A DNA stretch of 32,000 bases from Polynucleobacter necessarius (GCF_900095195.1 NZ_LT606950.1:1475879-1507878); one strand, 5' to 3'. Shown: positions 8,840-19,955, counted from the stretch's first letter. The notes: generated from the sequence alone by a model not told the origin. Made by a program: numbers and translations.

Positions 8840-11668
8840 ATGGCCTCGAAATACCCCCAGATGGATGGTTTTTGGACTTTTCCAGATTTATCGGTTGATA
8901 ATAAAAAAAGGGGGTTGTGCTGGGCCAAATCGCAAGTTGGCTTAAATTGGCCCTCCATTTTCACCATTAAAAATATTGATTCAGGCTCAAATTTAGGCAA
9001 ACGCGTGGCTAAAGCATCTACCAAAAGCAGCTCCAAAACTACATCCGTGGACCAGCCAAAGGCATTAATCATTGCCGAAAAGCCATCGGTAGCCAATGAC
9101 ATTGCAAAGGCTCTGGGTGGCTTTACCAAGCATGAAGACTGCTTTGAAAGCGATGACTTTCTCATCTCATCTGCGGTAGGCCACTTATTAGAAATTGCTG
9201 CGCCAGAAGAATATGACGTTAAACGCGGTAAATGGTCTTTCGCTAACTTGCCTGTGGTGCCTCCTTATTTTGATTTGCGACCCATTGCAAAAACCGAATC
9301 TCGGCTCAAGGTCCTACAGAAGCTCATTAAACGCAAAGATGTCACTTCTCTAATTAATGCCTGTGACGCGGGGCGCGAGGGTGAGCTTATTTTCAGACTT
9401 ATCGCGCAACACGCTAAAGCGTCACAAACCATCAAACGCCTGTGGCTGCAATCCATGACGCCCGCAGCCATTCGAGAGGGTTTCGCAAGCCTGCGCTCCG
9501 ACGATGAAATGCAGCCGCTAGCAGATGCGGCACGCTGTCGTTCGGAGGCCGATTGGCTGGTTGGCATCAACGGCACTCGCGCCATGACCGCGTTCAATAG
9601 CAAGAGTGGTGGCTTCTTTTTAACAACGGTTGGTCGTGTGCAGACACCAACGCTATCAATTGTGGTTGATCGTGAAGAGCTAATTCATAAGTTTGTTTCT
9701 AAAGACTACTGGGAAGTAAAAGCTGAGTTCATTGCTGCGGCAGGCGTATACGAAGGACGTTGGTTTTATCCTAAATTTAAGAAAGATGTCGCCGAGCCTG
9801 ATGCACGTGAAAACCGCTTGTGGAGCGAGGCTGCCGCACAAAACATTGTGGCTGCCTGTCGTGGCAAAAAAGCCTCCGTTAGTGAAGAGTCAAAACCGGT
9901 AGCACAACTTGCTCCACAGCTTTTTGATTTAACCAGCCTACAACGTGAAGCCAATGCACGTTTTGGTTTCTCAGCAAAGAACACCCTGGGACTAGCGCAA
10001 GCTTTTTACGAGAGACACAAGGTTTTAACCTACCCACGTACTGATGCAAAAGCGCTTCCAGAGGACTCTTTGGATACGGTTAAACAAATCATGGAAAATC
10101 TTGCTGATCACTCGCAAGACTACCGCCCGTTTGCCAAACAAATTCTGCAAGGCGACCCCAAAGATTCAAAGGCAAATCCTGGTTATGGCTGGATAAAACA
10201 AAACAAGCGCATTTTTGATAACTCAAAGATTTCAGATCACTTTGCAATTATTCCCACTCTCGAAACGCCCAAGAGCCTGAGCGAGCCAGAGGCTAAGATC
10301 TATGACTTAGTGGTTCGTCGCTTCTTAGCCGTTTTTTTTTCTGCGGCGGAATTTAAAGTCACCACACGCATCACGGAAGTATCAGGCCACCACTTCAAAA
10401 CCGAAGGCCGTGTCTTGGTTAATCCTGGCTGGCTAAGCGTTTATGGCAAATCCAATCAAGCTGAGGATGAATTAGTGCCCGCACAAGAGGGCGAAAACGT
10501 TCAAACCGGGTCTGTGGTTGCCGTTCCCCTAAAAACAAAGCCGTTCGCTCGCTATACAGAAGCCACTTTGCTCTCTGCAATGGAAAGTGCCGGCAAATGG
10601 GTCGATGACGATGAAATGCGCGAAGCTATGGCCAAAAAGGGCCTAGGAACTCCTGCTACGCGGGCAGCAATTATTGAAGGATTGTTGGCTGAAAAATACA
10701 TAGTGCGTGAGGCGCGCGAACTGATTCCGACAGCAAAAGCATTTCAATTAATGACTTTATTGCGCGGCCTTGACGTGGAAGAGTTAACACGTCCAGACTT
10801 GACTGGCAGCTGGGAAAACAAGCTATCACTCATTGAGCAAGGCAAGATGAATCGCGCCACATTTATGCAAGAAATTGCGCAAATGACGCAGCGCATTGTG
10901 AAACGCGCTAAAGAATATGATAGCGACACCATTCCTGGGGACTATGCGACCTTAAACACACCGTGCCCACATTGCAAAGGCCCAGTAAAAGAGAATTACC
11001 GTCGATTTGCCTGTGAAAAATGTGGCTTCACGATTAGCAAAACTCCGGGTGGTCGTGCTTTTGAATATCCCGAAGTGGAAGAACTGCTGCGTGAGAAAAC
11101 TATTGGCCCACTCCAAGGATTCCGCGGCAAAATGGGCCGCCCATTTGCGGCAATTATTAAGCTGACAGAAATTCCAGAAGATGATGCTGATTATCCAAAT
11201 GCTGGCTTCAAGCTAGAGTTTGACTTTGGCAACACAGAAGAAAACGATGCTGAGGCAATCGACTTCACCGGTCGTCAAGCATTGGGCGCATGTCCAAAAT
11301 GTTCTGGCGCAGTTTACGAAGACGGAATGCGCTACCTTTGCGAAAGCAATACAGGGCCCAACAAATCGTGCGACTTTAAAACTGGCAAGGTTGCTCTGCA
11401 GCAGGAGGTTTCCGCTGAACAGATTCAAAAGTTGCTCAAGGAAGGCAAAACCGATCTTCTCAGTAATTTCAAATCGAACCGCACTGGTCGCGGCTTTAAA
11501 GCCTACTTAGCCTTGGGTTTAGACGGAAAAATTGGTTTTGAATTTGAAGCTAAAGCGCCGGGTACTGCTAAGGCGCCAGCCAAGAAGCGCGCTGGGGCGA
11601 GCGCTGCAACTAAGTCTGCCGCAAAGCCTAAGCGCGCCAGCAAAGCAAAGTCATCCTCTAGCAGTTGA
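8840..11668 (+). CDS. topB: Type IA DNA topoisomerase, topoisomerase III-like with C-terminal zinc ribbons and a basic tail
   Basis: - TOPRIM start: ALIIAEKPSVANDIAKALGG.
- Conserved blocks: GHLLEI, DAGREGELIF, GRVQTP.
- Active-site Tyr context: LTYPRTDAKALP.
- Two Cys4 ribbons: CPHCKG...CEKCG and CPKCSG...CES...SCDF.
- Tail: KAPGTAKAPAKKRAGASAATKSAAKPKRASKAKSSSSS.
- The start is uncertain. The conserved N-terminus begins about codon 75, so in-frame GTGs at 9005 or 9047 are more plausible than 8840. Confidence 0.85.
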   Translation: MASKYPQMDGFWTFPDLSVDNKKRGLCWAKSQVGLNWPSIFTIKNIDSGSNLGKRVAKASTKSSSKTTSVDQPKALIIAEKPSVANDIAKALGGFTKHEDCFESDDFLISSAVGHLLEIAAPEEYDVKRGKWSFANLPVVPPYFDLRPIAKTESRLKVLQKLIKRKDVTSLINACDAGREGELIFRLIAQHAKASQTIKRLWLQSMTPAAIREGFASLRSDDEMQPLADAARCRSEADWLVGINGTRAMTAFNSKSGGFFLTTVGRVQTPTLSIVVDREELIHKFVSKDYWEVKAEFIAAAGVYEGRWFYPKFKKDVAEPDARENRLWSEAAAQNIVAACRGKKASVSEESKPVAQLAPQLFDLTSLQREANARFGFSAKNTLGLAQAFYERHKVLTYPRTDAKALPEDSLDTVKQIMENLADHSQDYRPFAKQILQGDPKDSKANPGYGWIKQNKRIFDNSKISDHFAIIPTLETPKSLSEPEAKIYDLVVRRFLAVFFSAAEFKVTTRITEVSGHHFKTEGRVLVNPGWLSVYGKSNQAEDELVPAQEGENVQTGSVVAVPLKTKPFARYTEATLLSAMESAGKWVDDDEMREAMAKKGLGTPATRAAIIEGLLAEKYIVREARELIPTAKAFQLMTLLRGLDVEELTRPDLTGSWENKLSLIEQGKMNRATFMQEIAQMTQRIVKRAKEYDSDTIPGDYATLNTPCPHCKGPVKENYRRFACEKCGFTISKTPGGRAFEYPEVEELLREKTIGPLQGFRGKMGRPFAAIIKLTEIPEDDADYPNAGFKLEFDFGNTEENDAEAIDFTGRQALGACPKCSGAVYEDGMRYLCESNTGPNKSCDFKTGKVALQQEVSAEQIQKLLKEGKTDLLSNFKSNRTGRGFKAYLALGLDGKIGFEFEAKAPGTAKAPAKKRAGASAATKSAAKPKRASKAKSSSSS

Positions 11669-12718
11669 GCCGCAATTAACTTGGCTGCTAGGGCCGACCA
11701 CAACACGCGCCTGGATCCCAAGGCCGTGGCAATGAAAATGCCTGGCCGTTGTTTCAAAGTACCAATAATGGGTAAGCGATCGCCAGCGACACAACGCACG
11801 CCCACAAACTTGCCGCCAATAATCAGACTTGCGGTATTTCCTTCGGAATAATTCACCAAACCTTTTGCTTGTTCACGATTAAAGTCGTCGCTCGCCTGTC
11901 TTGGCGCAAGATCATCTTCACCTTCATCAAAACTGGGTCCAACAATCCAGCGAAAGCTTCCATCCTCAAGTTGCTGCGCGGGTAAACAATATCCATCGCC
12001 AGAGATTCTCACTCTGGGCAATTTCGAAACCCAAGGATCCTGCGGGCCAATTGAGAAAATACTCAGTTATCCGCGCACGGGGCGTAAGGGCAGGCGGACG
12101 CCAAGACTACTAATTAGGGCTTTGCTATTTAGCGCCGCGGCAATCACCACATATTTAGCGGTAACAATGTCGAATTTAATAAATACCAAACACCTTCACG
12201 CTCCTCTAATCGAGCAGCTTGTGTATTCCATATGCAAGTAAGTCGCTCGTGTTTGCGCAACATATCTTTAGTTGCATCAGAAAGATTTAATGTCGCACCC
12301 CGCGAAATCCAAACCCCGCTTTGAGAAATTCCGCAAAGCTTTTCCACCTCTTCCGCGCTGCATGCAACCGCAATATCCTCTTTTAAATCCAGCGAATGTA
12401 AATGCGTTGAGACGGCCTGTCGGTCAAATATTTTGTCTTTTTTGGTTGGCTGAAAATGCCATGGGCCTGCCAAGGCTTGCCCCATCTGGCCTCAGCTAGC
12501 AAGAATGCCAAGCGCGTTAAACGCAATAAGCGCGAGGCTCCTTTGCCAATATGGGGGTGCGCAATCGCGTATGCGTGTTTTGAGCAAGCGGATGCTGGGT
12601 ACGAGGCAGCATCAATAACGCAAACAGATTTACTGCGCTCTAGCAACTCATGTGCAATTGTTGCGCCACAAATGCCTGCCCCAATCACCACGATGTCATG
12701 GTGCTGGGGTTTTGTCAT
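11503..12718 (-). pseudogene. FAD-dependent oxidoreductase (DAO family, resembling the MnmC oxidoreductase domain), fragmented
   Basis: Three fragments:
- 12383..12718 carries the dinucleotide-binding motif HDIVVIGAGICGATIA.
- 12144..12485 is in a second frame.
- 11503..12021 reads GDGYCLP...GDRLPIIG...ALGSRRVLWSALAAKLIAAQL...LAPARFL.

Between the last two, the reverse strand reads LPLRPVRG-TAA-LSIF (about 12070), where GQ is expected. The final ORF reads through into the topB 3' end. Confidence 0.7.
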
Positions 12719-12754
12719 TAAATTAACAGTGCAGTATTGCTAAGGCTTTGCCAA

Positions 12755-14620
12755 TTAGGCATTCAAGCGCTGTTCAATCTTGGCGCGAGTCTCTTTGAGC
12801 TCTTTCGGTAAACGCTCGCCTAAATGATTGAACAATTCGGTATGCAGTTTCAACTCATTTTTCCAGTCGTCTACCGCCACAGTAATCGCTTTGGCGAACT
12901 TCTCTTCGGAGTAATCTAGACCGCCCCAGTGCATATCGCTATATTCAGGGGTGATGCCAAACGGAGTCTCTTTGCCATTTGCCTTACCTTCTGCGCGATC
13001 CAAAATCCAAGAGAGAACACGCATGTTTTCACCAAAGCCTGGCCATACAAATTTACCGTTTTCATCTTTGCGGAACCAGTTCACACAATAGATCTTGGGT
13101 AGCGTTGCACCTTCTGCCTCGAGCGTCTTGCCAATATTTAGCCAGTGCTGGAAATAGTCGCTCATGTTGTAACCGGCAAAAGCGATCATGGCAAACGGAT
13201 CGCGACGCACAACACCAATTTGACCGGTAATAGCGGCGGTTGTTTCTGACCCTAAAGTAGCGGCCATGTAAACGCCCTCAACCCAATCGCGCGCCTCACT
13301 TACCAAAGGAACGGTGTTTGAACGACGACCGCCAAACAAGAACGCATCGATTGGAACGCCCTCTGGATCGTCCCACTTCGGATCTACTGCAGGGTTATTT
13401 GTTGCGGCCACAGTAAAACGTGAATTGGGGTGCGCCGCCTTGCGACCTGCTGTACCATCTGCTGGGGTCCAATCCTTGCCTTGCCAATCAATGAGGTGAG
13501 CTGGGGGAGTCTCAGTCAACCCCTCCCACCAAACGTCCCCATCATCGGTAAGGCCAACGTTCGTGAAAATCACATCTTGGTTCAAGGAATCGATACAGTT
13601 TTGATTGGTTTGACGATTTGTTCCTGGGGCAACGCCGAAGTAACCAGACTCTGGGTTGATTGCGAACAAACGGGTTTTACCAGTAACAGGATCTTTGCGA
13701 GGCTTAATCCAGGCGATGTCATCACCAATAGTAGTAACCTTCCAACCATCGAATCCTTTTGGTGGGATCATCATCGAGAAATTAGTTTTGCCGCAAGCCG
13801 ATGGGAACGCAGCTGCAATGTGGTACTTCTTGCCTTCTGGTGAAGTCACACCCAAAATCAGCATGTGCTCAGCAAGCCAGCCTTGATCACGACCCATATT
13901 GGAAGCAATGCGCAGTGCGAAACATTTTTTTCCTAACAATGCATTGCCGCCGTAACCGGACCCAAAAGACCAGATCGCGCGCGTTTCTGGATAGTGAACA
14001 ATATATTTATTTTTATTGTTTGGCCATGCAACGTCTTTTTCACCGGCGACCAAGGGCTTGCCAACCGTATGAATGCAAGGAACAAATTCGCCGTCCGCAC
14101 CCAGCTGGTCAATAACTGCTTTGCCCATACGGGTCATCAAACGCATATTGATTGCAACGTAAGGGCTGTCTGACAACTCAACGCCAATGTGGGCGATAGA
14201 CGAACCAATTGGGCCCATTGAGAACGGCACTACATACATAGTTCTGCCACGCATGCAACCGTCAAATAGTGGCTGTAGTGTTGCACGCATTTCACTTGGT
14301 TCCACCCAGTTGTTTGTGGGACCAGCATCCTCCTTTTTTGCAGAACAAATAAATGTGCGATCTTCGACACGCGCCACATCTTCTGGGTCAGAAAGAGCCA
14401 AAAAGGAATTTTTGCGCTTAGCAGGATTCAGTCGCTTAAACACACCCGCTTTAACCAATAATTCACATAGCTCGTCGTACTCAGCTTGGGAGCCGTCACA
14501 CCAACGAATAGCGTCGGGCTTGGTTAATGCTGCAACTTCAGCAACCCACTCGATTAAACGCTGGTTTTTTACGTACGCTGGCGCATTCACATTGATCTGG
14601 CCGGTAGTGGTTGAGGTCAT
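12755..14620 (-). CDS. pckG: Phosphoenolpyruvate carboxykinase (GTP)
   Basis: 621 aa and intact, with GTP-PEPCK signatures FPSACGKTN and [18 protein letters not shown]. Confidence 0.95.
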
Positions 14621-14713
14621 ATGTTTCCCTATGAAAATTGAATTTTTTAATCCGATGAGATTCTAACATTTTGGTCATATTTGACGTGTTTACCCTAGAT
14701 GTCACAATGCGAT

Positions 14714-15873
14714 TTACTTGCCAATGCAAAATTGACTAAAAATCTTTCCCAAAAGATCGTCTGGAAGCACTTTTCCGGTAATTTGACCCAACTGATGTTT
14801 GGCTAAAGATAGCTCTTCTGCAAACAACTCCAGACTATTGTTGCCATTTGCTGTGAACTGTTCTGATTTTCAATATGTTCTGCGGCACGCTCTATACAGT
14901 CTAAATGGCGCCTACGGGCTACTATAGCCCCCTCTTTGGGCCCGTTCCAACCTACTGCCTCCAAAATCTTTTGTCTTAGGGCATCTATGCCCTGTCCGGT
15001 TTTGACTGAGATAAAAAGGGTGTTGGGATTATTTCCGGCCAGGCTGGACAATAGATGACATGCATGGGCACACCCTCAATTTGGATGCTTTCTTTAACGC
15101 GGTCTCGAGTAGTTCCGGCGATTGGGGTCACAATGGCAACGTCTTCTCCGGCTAAACGATTTTAAGAGAGAGCTCTTGCCAACATTAGGCGAGCTCACCA
15201 AAACCAATTGAATGCCGTCGCGCAAGATTTTTCCTTGCTTGGCACCATCGCGCAATATCTCCAACTTCTGTTTAACCGCCGTTAGACGCTCACGCGCTTG
15301 TGTATTTTCTAAAAATTCGATTTCCTCTTCGGGAAAATCTAATGTCGACTCAACCAAAATTCTGAGCTGCGTTATTTCTTTAACAAGATTATTGATGTCA
15401 TCTGAAAATGCGCCCCGCAAAGAGCGTGCGGCGCCGCGAACCGCAGCTTCGCTTTTGGCATCAAGCAAGTCAGCAATTGCTTCAGCCTGAGCTAGGACCA
15501 CCTTGTTATTTAAATATGCGCGGAGCGTGAATTCTCCAGGCTCAGCAATCACCAAGCCAAGATCTTTCCCCATCTCAAGACATCGCTTCATCACGAACTC
15601 AAGAAGTTGGGGCCCACCATGGTACTGAAGCTCAAGCACATCTTCTCCAGTAAACGAGGCTGGCGAAACAAAATAAATGGCTACCAGTTGATCAATTAAT
15701 TGGTCAGATGCATCCCGCAAACTCAAAAGAGTAGCCTGTCGTGGCTGTAGCGTTTTTTGAAAAAGCGCTTGAACAATTGGGTTTAGATTTTGGCCGCTCA
15801 AACGAATGACGCCAACCCCCGCTTTGCCTGGGGCAGTAGCTACAGCAATAATGGGCAACTTACGGATCATCAT
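14714..15873 (-). pseudogene. mnmE: tRNA modification GTPase MnmE, frameshifted with an internal G-domain deletion
   Basis: - The N-terminal domain is intact up to G1 (SSPNVGKSSLL).
- An extra A near 15160 shifts the frame. The true frame continues [35 protein letters not shown].
- The sequence then jumps to [23 protein letters not shown]. About 80 codons (G3-G4) are missing compared with E. coli MnmE.
- A further frameshift near 14865 comes before [41 protein letters not shown], with the stop at 14716..14714. Confidence 0.9.
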
Positions 15874-15911
15874 TGCTGTGCGCCTCTTAGTAATTAAGAG
15901 CCATTAACAAA

Positions 15912-17582
15912 TTATTTGGCTTCTTTTTTTCCAAACATTTGGTTGATTTGCCATTGTTGTGCAATGGAGAGTAGATTGTTTACAACCCAATACAAAACAA
16001 GGCCGGCAGGGAAGAAGAAGAACATGATCGAAAACACGATTGGCATGTACATCACCACCTTGGCCTGAATTGGATCTGGTGGCGTTGGGTTAAGTTTGGT
16101 TTGTACAAACATCGACACCGCCATGATCACCGGCAAAATGTAATACGGGTCTGGGATTGATAAATCATGAATCCACAAGATCCAGGGCGCGCCACGCATC
16201 TCAACAGAGGATAAGAGAACCCAGTACAGGGAGATAAACACGGGGATCTGAATCAGCACCGGAAAGCAGCCGCCTAATGGATTAATTTTTTCTTTACGAT
16301 ACATTTCCATCATGGCTTGATTGAGCTTTTGTGGATCGCCTTTGTATTGCTCTTTCATTGCCATTAACCGCGGCTGAACCTCCTTCATGCGCGCCATGGA
16401 TTTATAGCTAGCAGTTGAAAGCGGGAAGAACACCAGCTTGATCAAAATGGTTAGCAAAATAATTGACCAGCCCCAATTGCCAACGTAAACATGAATTTTT
16501 TCAAGTAGCCAAAAAATCGGTTTCGCAATAATGGTTAAGTAGCCATAGTCTTTCAATAACTCAAATCCAGGGGCAATCGTTTCTAAAACTTTTTCTTCTT
16601 GTGGCCCCACAAAAAGCTGGGCCCTCTCAACTACCACAGATCCGGGCGCTACCAAGCCCAGCGGGGTTTGCAGGCCGATGCGATATAAACCGTTGTCAAT
16701 TTTTCCTGCATAAATATCGCGCGCAAATTTATCGCCCGGAATCCATGCGCTTGCAAAGTAGTGTTGAACCATTGCAATCCACGCAGGGTCTCCTGCTGGA
16801 ACTTGGGTTGGTATGGTGATCTTATTTTTGTCTATAGCCGTAAATTCAAGCTTATTAAACTTTTCTTTATTTGTATATGCGGCGGGGCCCGTAAAAGTAC
16901 TTGCAGAAAATGCACCGTCAAAGGGGCCAATCTTCTGTTCTTGCATTCCATCACGAACGATCTCGGTATACAGAACCAATGGGTTTGGATTGTTTGTGCC
17001 TTGTGTTACGCGATGGCCAACATCCACTACATAGCTACCCGGGTTGAGTATGAACGTTTTCTCTAGTCGGGCGTCACCACTCTCACTAGCCAACACCAAG
17101 AAAGGTCTACCAGAGCCATCTTTACCAGATTGAATAAGTTTAAAGTTGCTCGTGTGGTTTGGCAGATCGCCCTTATTTAAAGAGATCAGCCCAGATCGAG
17201 CAAAATATTTATGGCTGGGTGTGTACTGAAATAACTCAATGGGCTTTTGCTCTGCTGTCAATGATTTCAGAAGCTTTGCATCAATAACATTCGCGCCGCT
17301 TGCGCTGATTTCAAGAACCAATACATCGTTCTGTAATACAAATTTTTCTGCGGTCTCAATGGGGCCCGCACTTTCAACTGGAGCAGATATTCCAGTGGCT
17401 TTAGAAGTAATTTGTGCTGGCACATCACCTTTTGAGGTGGCTACAGCGTTAGTTGAGGTTGTTGCAACTACTGGGGCACCGCCAAACATTGAGGGCTTGC
17501 CCTCGTGGACCTGCCAGTTGTTGTAAAGCATTAGTCCCGACAGCGAAAACACAGCCCAAAGAATTGTTTTTTTTATATCCAT
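15912..17582 (-). CDS. yidC: Membrane protein insertase YidC
   Basis: 556 aa and intact, with an N-terminal TM helix, a periplasmic domain and a conserved C-terminal 5-TM core (GCFPVLIQIPVFISLYWVL). It sits in the rnpA-yidD-yidC position. Confidence 0.95.
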   Translation of the reverse strand: MDIKKTILWAVFSLSGLMLYNNWQVHEGKPSMFGGAPVVATTSTNAVATSKGDVPAQITSKATGISAPVESAGPIETAEKFVLQNDVLVLEISASGANVIDAKLLKSLTAEQKPIELFQYTPSHKYFARSGLISLNKGDLPNHTSNFKLIQSGKDGSGRPFLVLASESGDARLEKTFILNPGSYVVDVGHRVTQGTNNPNPLVLYTEIVRDGMQEQKIGPFDGAFSASTFTGPAAYTNKEKFNKLEFTAIDKNKITIPTQVPAGDPAWIAMVQHYFASAWIPGDKFARDIYAGKIDNGLYRIGLQTPLGLVAPGSVVVERAQLFVGPQEEKVLETIAPGFELLKDYGYLTIIAKPIFWLLEKIHVYVGNWGWSIILLTILIKLVFFPLSTASYKSMARMKEVQPRLMAMKEQYKGDPQKLNQAMMEMYRKEKINPLGGCFPVLIQIPVFISLYWVLLSSVEMRGAPWILWIHDLSIPDPYYILPVIMAVSMFVQTKLNPTPPDPIQAKVVMYMPIVFSIMFFFFPAGLVLYWVVNNLLSIAQQWQINQMFGKKEAK

Positions 17583-17597
17583 TTGTATTCACTTAAA

Positions 17598-17831
17598 TTA
17601 ATGTGAGGTATGTCTTACCGCAGGATCATAACCGCCGTGTGACCAGGGGTTGCAGCATGCAATGCGCCACGCCACTAGGGACACACTCTTGCAAAACCCA
17701 TAATGGTTGAAGCAGTCGCAAGCATACTGAGAACAACTAGGCACAAACTTGCAGTGCATCCCAAAATAAGGGCTTAGCAATAGCTGGTAAAGCTTAATTA
17801 ACTTTAATGCCGCCTTGTTTAGAACCTGCAC
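17598..17831 (-). CDS. yidD: Membrane protein insertion efficiency factor YidD
   Basis: 77 aa with CKFVPSCSQYA...RIACCNPWSHGGYDP. Confidence 0.9.
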   Translation of the reverse strand: MQVLNKAALKLIKLYQLLLSPYFGMHCKFVPSCSQYACDCFNHYGFCKSVSLVAWRIACCNPWSHGGYDPAVRHTSH

Positions 17832-18149
17832 CTAAATAAGCTCCAGCATTTGAGCGCGCAAGAAGTCCTTTTCTTTTTTTCTGAGCTTGCCTCGGGACTG
17901 TCGGCCCACTGGCTTTTTAAGCTTCATGACAACATCATTATTTAGTGTCGTTGCTTGCGCCGTCCAAACCAGCTCGCGAATCATTCGCTTAAGTCGATTT
18001 CGATCTACCGCTCGTTTGACTAACTTTTTGGGAACCGCAATTCCTAAATCAGGGGTTTTTCCAAATGCTGGCGCTACAGAATACATTCCCCAAGACAGAT
18101 TTGTTTTGGGGCGTGTTTTAAGTAATTCAGAAATCCTTGCGCTATTCAA
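17832..18149 (-). CDS. rnpA: Ribonuclease P protein component
   Basis: 105 aa and basic, with GIAVPKKLVKRAVDRNRLKRMIRE (the RNR motif). It lies between rpmH and yidD. The exact start is uncertain. Confidence 0.85.
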   Translation of the reverse strand: MNSARISELLKTRPKTNLSWGMYSVAPAFGKTPDLGIAVPKKLVKRAVDRNRLKRMIRELVWTAQATTLNNDVVMKLKKPVGRQSRGKLRKKEKDFLRAQMLELI

Positions 18150-18157
18150 GTTTTAAA

Positions 18158-18292
18158 TTAAACAGCTAAGCGTTTGCGACCTTTTGCGCGACGAGCATTC
18201 AAAACTGCGCGTCCGCTCTTAGTTTTCATGCGAATGCGAAAGCCGTGCGTACGCTTGCGGCGTGTAACTGAGGGTTGGTATGTTCTTTTCAT
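18158..18292 (-). CDS. rpmH: 50S ribosomal protein L34
   Basis: Too short for the ORF track. The reverse-strand translation is [44 protein letters not shown] (44 aa, TAA stop at 18160..18158). Confidence 0.95.
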
Positions 18293-18428
18293 GATGGATC
18301 CTAGGAAAACCCAATATTTTCCTTGTTGCAAAGCAAAAGGTCAATCCACCCCACTAAATATATGGGTATTTTTCTCTAATTTTCGGGTGATTTTGACTAA
18401 ATATCTAATTTACACGTGTTTTTCAATT

Positions 18429-18479
18429 TTATTCACAAGTTATCCACAGCTTTCCCACGATTTTTTACCTTGTGGATAA
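18429..18479. promoter_or_regulatory. DnaA boxes in the rpmH-dnaA spacer (dnaA promoter/autoregulation region)
   Basis: The boxes are TTATTCACA (18429..18437), TTATCCACA (18440..18448, perfect) and TGTGGATAA (18471..18479, perfect, reverse orientation). An AT-rich tract lies upstream at 18355..18430. Confidence 0.7.
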
Positions 18480-18488
18480 CTTTGCGGG

Positions 18489-19946
18489 GTGGATACAATG
18501 GGTCCTCCAAAAATTATGAGCAACTTACAAAATCCCCCCACCTTGAACACAAAAAACCCGCTGGGGTTTTGGGATGGCGCACTTAGCGCATTATCTCGCG
18601 AGTTATCGCCCCAACAATTTAAAACCTGGATCCAACCCCTAAGCCTGGTCTCTTTTGATGAGAGTGAACGCTTACTAACTGTAGGTGCGCCAAATCGTTT
18701 TAAGCTTGATTGGATCAAAAAAACGTTTGCTGACCGCTTTCAAGAGCTTGCGGTTCAGTATTTTGGTAAGGCCACAAATATTAGTTTTGTCCTCGCCGTG
18801 GAGTCTGCTGCACCAACAACCCCAACAACCAAGCTAGGCATAGAGCCCAATTCAAGCGATTCTTCTACAACCAGCGTTGGTAATCCCATTATTTCAGTTG
18901 AAGAGCAGTCATTTGAGATTGAGGACCACTCAAAACTCAATCCAAACTTAACCTTTGAAACGTTTGTTACTGGTAAAGCAAACCAGCTTGCTAGAGCAGC
19001 CTCAATTCAGGTTGCTCATAACCCGGGAATATCTTACAACCCAATGTTTTTGTATGGTGGGGTAGGGCTCGGTAAAACCCACCTGATTCACGCAATTGGC
19101 AACCACCTGCTCAAGGAAAAACCCAACGCCCGCATTCGCTATATCCATGCGGAGCAGTATGTGTCTGATGTGGTTAGGGCTTATCAGCAAAAGGCTTTTG
19201 ATCGCTTTAAACGGTACTATCACTCGCTTGATCTGCTACTCATTGATGATATTCAGTTTTTTAGCGGCAAATCCAGGACTCAAGAGGAGTTCTTTTATGC
19301 ATTTGAGGCGCTTTCAAGCAACAAGTCCCAAGTCATCATTACCAGCGATACCTACCCAAAAGAAATGGCGGGTATCGACGATAGATTGATCTCCCGTTTT
19401 GATTCTGGATTAACAGTCGCCACTGAACCACCCGAGCTAGAAATGCGCGTGGCTATTTTGATGAAAAAGGCCGCTAGCGAAGGCATCCCCATGGGTGAAG
19501 ACATCGCATTCTTTGTGGCAAAACACCTTCGCTCTAATGTGCGAGAGTTAGAGGGGGCCCTACGAAAGATTTTGGCCTTTGTTCGCTTTCATGGTCGCGA
19601 AGTAACTATAGAGGTGGCTCGGGCAGCCCTAAAAGACTTGTTGTCGATTCAAAATCGTCAAATTTCTGTTGAAAACATCCAAAAAGCTGTTGCTGATTTT
19701 TATAGCATCAAGGTTGTGGACATGTACTCCAAAAAGCGCCCAGCAAACATTGCTCGACCACGCCAAATCGCCATGTTTATGGCTAAGGAGCTTACTCAAA
19801 AAAGTCTTCCGGCGATTGGGGAGTTGTTTGGTGGCCGAGACCACACAACGGTTTTGCACGCAGTACGCAAGATTGCAGATGAGCGTGCCCACGACAGTCA
19901 ACTTAACCATGAAATCCACGTTATTGAGCAAACCTTAAAAGCATAA
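18489..19946 (+). CDS. dnaA: Chromosomal replication initiator DnaA
   Basis: 485 aa with Walker [16 protein letters not shown], and the C-terminal DNA-binding helix [15 protein letters not shown]. The longest ORF starts at GTG 18489. ATGs at 18498 or 18516 are alternative starts. Confidence 0.95.
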
Positions 19947-19955
19947 ATTTTGGGT

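Noticed and set aside
8776-9165. A 129-aa minus-strand ORF in the dprA-topB spacer, considered as a possible novel small gene.
   Set aside because: It overlaps the topoisomerase 5' region in antisense. It has no recognisable motif, no RBS and no sensible operon context.
9795-9815. Additional CACGTG-containing sequences, for example at about 9805, 18415 and 28635, considered as further parS sites.
   Set aside because: The copy at about 9805 has four mismatches to the 16-bp parS consensus, and the other two showed no consensus arms on inspection. Only 30498..30513 is a credible match.
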